A stretch of 7,215 bases of DNA from Fonticula alba ATCC 38817 (taxonomy: Eukaryota > Protista > Nucleariida), in assembly GCA_000388065.2 (NCBI GenBank), contig KB932206.1; one strand, 5' to 3'. How positions within the stretch are numbered: position 1 is the stretch's first letter; the number at the start of each line of letters is the position of its first letter. Position numbers and translations under genes: made by a program. This document shows positions 1 through 6,587 of this stretch, piece by piece. The notes beneath the pieces were generated by a model. It was not told the origin of the DNA and made no database searches. It was given only the letters and a program-made list of their open reading frames with translations.

Positions 1-149
1 GGGTGAGGGAGGGAGTGAGCGAGTGTGGACGCGCATGCGCAGGCGCGCGTATACAGGGGGACCAGCGAGAGGGCAGGGCGGCCGGGACACCCACGGCAGC
101 ACAGTAGAGCGCGGGAAACATGACAAGGGCAGACACGGCCGACACGGAC

Positions 150-712
150 CTGGTCATCGGAGGCCGAAATGATCCACGGATACTCGTGGTGGAAGGCCAC
201 CGTGCGAATGTAATCCTGGTGGCCGGTCAGGGTGAAGAGGCAGCGGCGCTGCTTGTAATTCCACACCTTGACCTTGTAGTCGTCGCCGCCCGACACGAAG
301 AGCGGCTGGGTGGCATGGAAGGAGACCGTGCGAACGGGGCCTAAACCCATCGAGAAAGGGGCAGGCGATGGGCGCATGTGCAGGGGCGGGGGCGGGGGCG
401 GGGGCAGATGGAGGCGCGCAAGGTATGCGGGGGGCCGGTCAGAGGGGCGAAGCCGCGGCCACCCGGGCCAGGCGCGGAGGACTGGCCAGTCAGGCCGCCA
501 AGGAGCGCACCCTCATGCTCGTCGAAGCGGTCCAGCAGGACAGCCACACGGTAGTCCCAGAGCTGGATGACACCCGTATGCAGGGAGGCGATGACCCACG
601 GCCGGCGGGGGTGGAAGGCGACGCCCTTCACGCGGTTGGACTTGGTCTCGAACTTGACCAGCATCCGGCCGCTGCCGCCGGGCTGGCTGGCAGCCGTGGC
701 GTGGTCGTCCAT
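150..712 (-). CDS. COPA: Coatomer subunit alpha (alpha-COP), 5' part only (N-terminal WD40 propeller). Exon 1 = 712 (or 664)..511, intron 510..341, exon 2 = 340..150, next intron 149..<1 runs off the window
   Basis: Spliced translation ([16 protein letters not shown])[115 protein letters not shown] is the highly conserved alpha-COP N-terminus (MLTKFETKS...GGDDYKIKVW...GHLDYIRT...PWILSASDDQ). Intron 1 is GTGCGC...TTTAG, phase 1, and restores the frame. The second donor is GTCCGT at 149. The canonical Met is at 664, with an in-frame upstream ATG at 712. Confidence 0.96.
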
Positions 713-791
713 CAGGCGGGCGGGGGGCGGGGGCTGTCGGGCGCGCCGCTCGGGGCTGCCAGGCGTCGCGCAGAAGGTCAGTGTCAAAGCC

Positions 792-815
792 GGAGGAGGA
801 GGAGGAGGAGGAGGA
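792..815. repeat. (GGA)8 trinucleotide repeat upstream of COPA
   Basis: Counted directly from the sequence. Confidence 0.92.
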
Positions 816-1121
816 GGGGCCGGGGAACAGCGGCAGGGGGAGCGGAGGGGATTGCAAGACGCACGGACGGCGAGGAAGACGGAGGTGGGAGGCCGGGCGG
901 GAGCGACGGCCAGGGGGGAGGTGGGAGGGGCGGGAGGGGAGAGAGGGGGAGGAGTGTGTGTGGGGGTATGCCCTGGTGGCCCCTCACACCCGGGGCGCCC
1001 TTCAGTGCGCAGGGGATGGTGGCCCTGCGCAGGCTGGGGAGAGAGAGAAAAAAAAAGGGCAAACCGCCCGTTCCCCTGCGTGTGTGTGCACACTCGCCAG
1101 GCGGTTGTCTCTGTCCGGGGA

Positions 1122-1175
1122 GGGGGGGGGGGGGGCTTTGGGAGCCGCGTTCGGGGGGGGGGGGGGGGGGGGGGG
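1122..1175 (+). repeat. Poly-G runs (G14 at 1122-1135, G23 at 1153-1175), G-quadruplex-capable
   Basis: Homopolymer runs seen directly; their exact lengths may carry sequencing error. Confidence 0.85.
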
Positions 1176-1655
1176 CGTGCACGTCGCGCCAGAAAAAGTG
1201 TCCATCGGGCATTAATTGCGGGATTTTTATAGCTCTCAGGATGCCCGTTGCCCGCTCGAGCGGATGGCAGGCCCCGCCAGCGGGACCCCGCTTGTGGCAG
1301 CCCCCCAGCTACTACACAGGACCGGTGGCCGGTGTGCCGGGTGGCGGGCCGGTGTTTTTCCGTCTCTCAGGGTGGCCTTCATACCGCCCCCCTTCGACAC
1401 CGGGAAGGAGATGATACACGCCGCGGGCCCGGCGCCGCCAGCGTCTCCGGGCCGGAGGGATCTGTCACGGAGCATGTGATGTGCGCCCGGATCACATGCA
1501 CATGCTCCTTTAAAGCTCCCGTTCCGCCTGGCCGATCGCCACCGCCCGGCAGATCGGGTGCGATCCCCATGAGAGAAGCCCCTCCACACACTTGCCCTCC
1601 CCCTCTCCTCCTCCCCCTCCTCCTCCTCCTCCTCGCTCCTTCTTGTCCTGGCCGC

Positions 1656-1679
1656 GCCCGCCCGCCCGCCCGCCCGCCC
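1656..1679. repeat. (GCCC)6 tandem repeat just upstream of the NSE2 ATG (overlapping GGGCGG boxes on the minus strand)
   Basis: Counted directly from the sequence. Confidence 0.85.
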
Positions 1680-1717
1680 CCCCCCGGTCGCCTCCTTTTC
1701 TCTGCTCCCTCTGCACC

Positions 1718-2878
1718 ATGCGGGGGAATTCTGACGCCCCTGGCGATTCCGAAAGCGCGGTCTTCGCACAAGTCCACGCCTTGCGGACCTTCTCCGACAC
1801 CTTCGGAAACATCCTTACCGGCATGTGCCGGTCGCACGACGACCAGCTGGTGGAAATTGTCGAGCTCTGGAGTCTGGCCAAGAATATGCTCGACTCGACG
1901 GACGCCATCGAAGACGTGCGGCCCTGTGAATACCTCTTGTGACCATGCCCCCCTCGCTCGGCGGTTGTTGCTTGTGCTGGCCTCCTGTTGTACCTAACCA
2001 CAGCGCGTCCCCGGTCGAAGTCACACATCCTGCCCATGGTGGCCGAGGTGAAGGAGTTCATCTCGCTGGTGGAGTCGCTGAAGCACGATCGAGAGCTATG
2101 CAACGAGCTTGCCGCATCTGCCCTGGAAAGCACAGACGTCCGTCATCCCCCCCTCCCTCCCTCCCTCCCCCCCTCCCTCCCTCTCTCTGTCCCCCCTACT
2201 TGTCTCTTTCTCCGTGGCGCATTTTCGCCTCCTCTCCCTCCCTCTTGGCATCGGACTAACGGTCAGCCCTTCTCCGACCCAGTGCCACGACTTGTCGTCC
2301 GTCTTTGAGGGCCGGCAGCAGGAGCGCACCGCCATGTCGGCGGACTCCGTGCCGGTGGACATTCTGAATGCCCACCGCTCCTTCTCGGCACTGCAAAGCG
2401 AATTCGATGTGCGTTCCGGCCCCACATGGCATGCATCTTCCTGCGCCCCCTTGCCGCGAACTGACACCCACTGACCCCCTCCCCGCCGTGCAGATCGACA
2501 GCGAACTCAGCGCCGGCATTGCGCCGGCCGATCTCCGGTGCAGCTTCAGTCGCTATGAGATGACTGACCCGGTGAAGAAGTGCGCCTGCTCCCTCCTCCC
2601 GCCCCCATCCCTTTGGCCGCCTTTCCTTGGCTGCTCTCTTGCCATGTGTTTTGACCCGCTGTCCTTTGCGCCGTGCCCCTTCGCCCAGCCAAAACTGCCC
2701 ACACCATGTGTCCAAGCGAGCGATCGAGAGCCCCGAATGGCCGCGGATTTGCCCCATCTGCAGTGTTGCCTTCAACCCCAGTCCCGATATCGACCATCGG
2801 TATGCCCGTCGTGTGCGCATTGCCATGCTCAAGAACTCGCTTCTCAATGACCCTGGCAACCAAACCACCTTCCTCTGA
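1718..2878 (+). CDS. NSE2: SP-RING protein, probable E3 SUMO ligase Nse2/Mms21 (Smc5/6 complex), ~238 aa. Exons 1718-1915, 2021-2137, 2283-2408, 2494-2579, 2689-2878
   Basis: The chain stays in frame through four GT-AG introns (donors GTGCGG, GTCCGT, GTGCGT, GTGCGC; branch motifs CTAAC, CTAAC, CTGAC, TTGAC). The C-terminal LRCSFSRYEMTDPVKNQNCPHHVSKRAIESPEWPRICPIC resembles the Nse2 SP-RING pattern CPIT..EM..PVKN..CGH.Y...AI...CP..C. A helical-looking N-terminal half and the length also fit Nse2. ATG is in a CACCATG context. The intron 1 boundaries are ambiguous (see findings). Confidence 0.75.
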
Positions 2879-3177
2879 AAGAGGCCCAAATGAAATACCC
2901 CCCCACGCATACACATGCCCCACTTGGATGGAAGTCGCTGCCCGCGCCGCTTTTTTTTTTTTGCAGCCACCGCCATCACGCCCTTTTTCCTGCGGCACCG
3001 GTGTGGTCAGTTGGTGGGGAAAAGGCCCCGCGCCCACGCGGGAAGTCTAGTGTGGGTGGTCCCGCCAGGGAGGGAAGAAGGACAGAGACAGAACAGGAGG
3101 ATCCCCACAACAGGGTGCAAGCCTGCCCTTGGCACCGGGGTCAAGGGGGGACACAGAGGAGGGAGGGGAAGGACGCC

Positions 3178-4131
3178 TCACCGGAAGTTGGAGAGCAGGA
3201 AGTCCGAGGTGATGGCGGTGTTCGGAGTGTCAGACAGGGTGATGATGGTCGGACAGAAGCCCTTCGAACCCCAGGGAGAAGTGGCATTGTCATCGAGGAT
3301 GTCGCTGACGCGCGGGGGAACATTGAAGCGGTAGTCCAGGCAGCCGGGCAGGCCAAGGAGGCGCTGGGCCACCATGGCCAGGTCGTCGGTGGTCACGGCG
3401 TCTAGCCGGGCGATGGTCTCCTCGGCCGACATGCGGCTCGAGTAGTAGAGGCACTGCCGGCCCGTGTCGTCCAGGTTGTTGACACTCGACTCGAGGCCCA
3501 TGAAGATGGCGGACCGGAGCTGGTTCTTGGCGCGCTGGAGTTCTGTGAAGCAGGTATTGGCCGTGGATGAGTGAGTGGACCACGAAGGGGGGGGGGTCTG
3601 GCGAGTTGACAGACCGGAGCGGCGGCGGCGGCGGCGGCGGCAAGGGAAAGGGAGAAAGAAAGAGGAGAGGAAGGTTGGCCACATGTGCGGGCGCGCGCGT
3701 ACCCTCGGGCAGCACATGCATGAGGCCCATAAGCTCATGGAGAACGATCTGCGGAGGGGAAAGGGTGGCCAAAAGAGAGGGGCAGAGCCAGGGTTAGAGG
3801 CTGGTGGCCATGCATGTCGGGGGTATTGCGTGTGGCGACCCCTGCAGAGACACGTACGCGAGCCATTTGCTTCTCGCGGCCCTGGGAGAAGGAGGCGTAG
3901 ACGTAGAAGATGCCGGTCTCGCGGTAGGGCATGGAGTGCGAGAAGGCCAAGTTCACCCAAGGGTGCCGGCAGAGGACATTGCGGTATAGGCGGGTGAAGA
4001 CGCCCTTGCCGGGGCCACCGGAAGAGAAGGAGGCTCCGCCACCAAGCAGGAAAGTGGCCACACTCAGGGCAAAGAAGGCCGGATCATTGTAGCCGGGGGC
4101 TATTTTCCCCGTCGATCCGTCAGTTTAAGTA

Positions 4132-4177
<46 letters not shown>

Positions 4178-5036
4178 CATGGGCATACACACATGGGAGA
4201 AGGCGTCAGAAGGAAAGACAGAGGAGGAGCAATCTCGTGTATCTGCATGTGCGTGTGCGTGTGCGTGTCCGTGCGTACACTCGAAGCCCAGGACCAAATG
4301 CGAGGTCGGCAGAGGCTCCATCGCGTTGGGGGGCTGACTCGGGGCCCAGAACTCCCCGCCAATGTACTCGGCGTTGGCATTGGTGATGATGGTGCTCGGG
4401 TCGACGACCTGAGGGTCCGGCGTGCGCCACGGCTGGGTCTCATACATGTCATGGACCAGGTCGACCATCTGGTCGTGGTCCACCCCGCCGACGAAGGCCA
4501 CCAAGGCATTTTCCGGGCGGAAGAGGTTGGCATGGAATTGCCGCACGGCGTCCAGCGACGGGGGGGTCGACGTGGCCAGGGCCTGGCCCAGGGGGCGGCC
4601 GCCGGTGTACACGCCGTCCGAAGTCCGGCCACCAAAGGCCACCTGGTGCAGGAGGTCATTTCCCGCGTAGTTGGTCGGCATCTCCTCCAGCATGCGGAGC
4701 TGCTCCGGGGCCAGATACGTACACTCCTCATGGGCGGCCTCCGAGAAGAGGGGGTTGCGGATGATATCCGAGATGAACTCGTGCGACTTGTACAGGTCCG
4801 CCGGCATGACGCTCGTCTGGCAGATGGTCAGCTCGCGATCCGAGCCGAAGGTGAGCATGCCGCCGAGCTCGATAATCCGCTTGGACACCATGTCGTGAGG
4901 GAGGTTCGTGGTGCCCTGGGGCAGGGAGACACCCGGGCGGAAGGGCAAGGGGGCACCGGGGGGGGGGGCAGGAGGAGGGGGAGGCGGTTTCATGTGAGTG
5001 GTCATGGGTCGATCGGAGGGGGGCGTGCTCCCGGGG

Positions 5037-5075
<39 letters not shown>

Positions 5076-5666
5076 TGGCGGACACCGAGGGAGGAGGAAA
5101 GCAGGAGGGCGGGGGATGGCACGCACACGCAGGGCATGCAGGTCCAGGTACTGCGCGAGGCCGGAGTGGGGCAGGTTATCGTAGCGCGTGCCCGAGCGCA
5201 CAAAGACGCCGGTGTTGATGACCACGGCCCCGGTGCGCGTGGTGGCCACCTTCAAGCCGGAGGGCAGGGTCGTGAGCTGGGTTTTGAAGAGCTGATTGCT
5301 CAGCGAGTTGGAGTTGGTCACCGGGGCCGGAGCGTCGGGTCCGCCGGCGAAGCCCGGCAGAGGCTGAAGAATGGGAGTGGTCCGGGCCTTGTCGCTGCTG
5401 GACGGCGACTCGCTGCTGTAGCCGGGGATGATGACCTCCGGCGGGGGGAGGTCCACCGGGAAGCGATGGCCCGGACTGCGCGAGGCGGCCTGCGAGAAGA
5501 ACTTGTCCATGGCCGACTCCTGGCCGGCCGGGGCGTCGGTGGAGTAGGCGGCCCGGCCGAGCCGGCCGGCCAGGGCCCCCGGAAGGGCGCGCCGGGCAGT
5601 GGCCGCGGCGAGGGCGGTCACACCGCAGGGCCCACTCTGCGGGAGGGACAGGAGCCAGGGACGCAT
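3178..5666 (-). CDS. PMPCA: Mitochondrial processing peptidase alpha subunit (peptidase M16B, non-catalytic), 609 aa. Exons 5666-5127, 4915-4279, 4099-3858, 3748-3703, 3542-3178
   Basis: The exons sum to 1830 nt and are in frame (donors GTGCGT, GTACGC, GTACGT, GTACGC). The alpha-MPP-diagnostic glycine-rich loop LLGGGASFSSGGPGKGVFTRLY is present. M16 hallmarks include TQLTTLPSGLKVAT, GVFVRSGTRY and EELQRAKNQLRSAIFMGLES. The HxxEH zinc motif is degenerate (QYLDL), as expected for alpha. PILQPLPG resembles the PLSSPLPG segment of animal alpha-MPP. The first 43 aa contain 5 Arg and no Asp/Glu, like a presequence. Confidence 0.94.
3619..3641. repeat. (GCG)7 repeat in alpha-MPP intron 4
   Basis: Counted directly from the sequence. 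Confidence 0.9.
4136..4169. repeat. (TG)17 microsatellite in alpha-MPP intron 2; reads (CA)17 in the pre-mRNA
   Basis: Counted directly from the sequence. Confidence 0.97.
5038..5071. repeat. (CA)17 microsatellite in alpha-MPP intron 1; reads (UG)17 in the pre-mRNA
   Basis: Counted directly from the sequence. Confidence 0.97.
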
Positions 5667-5685
5667 GGCAAGCTATCGAGGCGGA

Positions 5686-5727
5686 GGGAGGGAGGGAGGG
5701 AGGGAGGGGGGGGCGGGGCGGGAGGGG
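5686..5727 (+). repeat. (GGGA)5 plus further G tracts immediately upstream of the alpha-MPP ATG; G4 motif on the template strand
   Basis: More than four G>=3 tracts with 1-nt spacers, seen directly. Confidence 0.8.
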
Positions 5728-6005
5728 AATGAGGCTAGCTGAGGCGGAGGAGGGGGAAAGGCGCGACCCAGACCCGGGGACTACTCTGTCGTTGCGGGGA
5801 GCGGGAGGGCACGAGGGGCGAGAGAGCGGCGGGCGGAGACGTGTGTTATTTTTCTCGCGAGCCCAGCACGCCAGAGCCCCCGGGACGGCGAACGCTTATC
5901 AACCACACCGCGCCGCCTTGGGGCCGGGCACGGGCTAGATGCCAACGATTCGCCATCCAAAGTCCCCACGGTGTTGCGCCCTCGCGGCGCGTTCTTTTCG
6001 CCCCC

Positions 6006-6587
6006 NNNNNNNNNNNNNNNNNNNNNNNNNNNNNNNNNNNNNNNNNNNNNNNNNNNNNNNNNNNNNNNNNNNNNNNNNNNNNNNNNNNNNNNNNNNNNNN
6101 NNNNNNNNNNNNNNNNNNNNNNNNNNNNNNNNNNNNNNNNNNNNNNNNNNNNNNNNNNNNNNNNNNNNNNNNNNNNNNNNNNNNNNNNNNNNNNNNNNNN
6201 NNNNNNNNNNNNNNNNNNNNNNNNNNNNNNNNNNNNNNNNNNNNNNNNNNNNNNNNNNNNNNNNNNNNNNNNNNNNNNNNNNNNNNNNNNNNNNNNNNNN
6301 NNNNNNNNNNNNNNNNNNNNNNNNNNNNNNNNNNNNNNNNNNNNNNNNNNNNNNNNNNNNNNNNNNNNNNNNNNNNNNNNNNNNNNNNNNNNNNNNNNNN
6401 NNNNNNNNNNNNNNNNNNNNNNNNNNNNNNNNNNNNNNNNNNNNNNNNNNNNNNNNNNNNNNNNNNNNNNNNNNNNNNNNNNNNNNNNNNNNNNNNNNNN
6501 NNNNNNNNNNNNNNNNNNNNNNNNNNNNNNNNNNNNNNNNNNNNNNNNNNNNNNNNNNNNNNNNNNNNNNNNNNNNNNNNNNNNNNN
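6006..6587. other. Assembly gap (582 N) in the divergent region between alpha-MPP and CSL4
   Basis: Run of N flanked by C runs. Adjacency across the gap rests on scaffolding only. Confidence 0.99.

Larger units (their letters stand above)
713..1717. promoter_or_regulatory. Divergent (head-to-head) intergenic region between COPA and NSE2, with a central AT-rich island (1191-1232) and a TATAAAAA on the minus strand at 1231-1224
   Basis: Inferred from gene orientation. The + strand is G-rich on the COPA side and C-rich on the NSE2 side. Function of the TATA-like element is not demonstrated. Confidence 0.5.

Noticed and set aside
109-118. Perfect E2F-like site TTTCCCGCGC (minus strand)
   Set aside because: It lies inside COPA intron 2 rather than a promoter, and is expected by chance at this GC content.
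368-1414. Long ORFs such as 368-1414 (+), 567-1232, 1248-1997, 4139-5218 and 4998-5732
   Set aside because: These are stop-poor shadow frames in very GC-rich DNA. They are low complexity (poly-G/P/R/E, CVCV, HTHT from microsatellites), antisense to or out of frame with recognised genes, and carry no family motif.
1393-1567. tRNA T-loop-like strings (TTCGAC at 1393; GGTGCGATCCC near 1557)
   Set aside because: No acceptor stem, D-arm or anticodon arm can be built around either.
3543-3600. Alternative alpha-MPP acceptor at CAG 3600-3598, extending exon 5 (TPPPSWSTHSSTANTCFT)
   Set aside because: It is phase 0 but the donor at 3702 is phase 1. The acceptor at 3543 restores the canonical EELQRAKNQL.
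3178-5666. Calling the M16 protein beta-MPP or a cytochrome bc1 core protein
   Set aside because: HxxEH is absent and the GGGxSFSxGGPGKG loop, specific to alpha-MPP, is present.
5944-5952. AACGATTCG resembles a stretch of U12 snRNA
   Set aside because: Only 9 nt match, with no upstream GTAAGGA branch-recognition sequence or Sm site. No AT-AC or U12-type donor is seen in the window.
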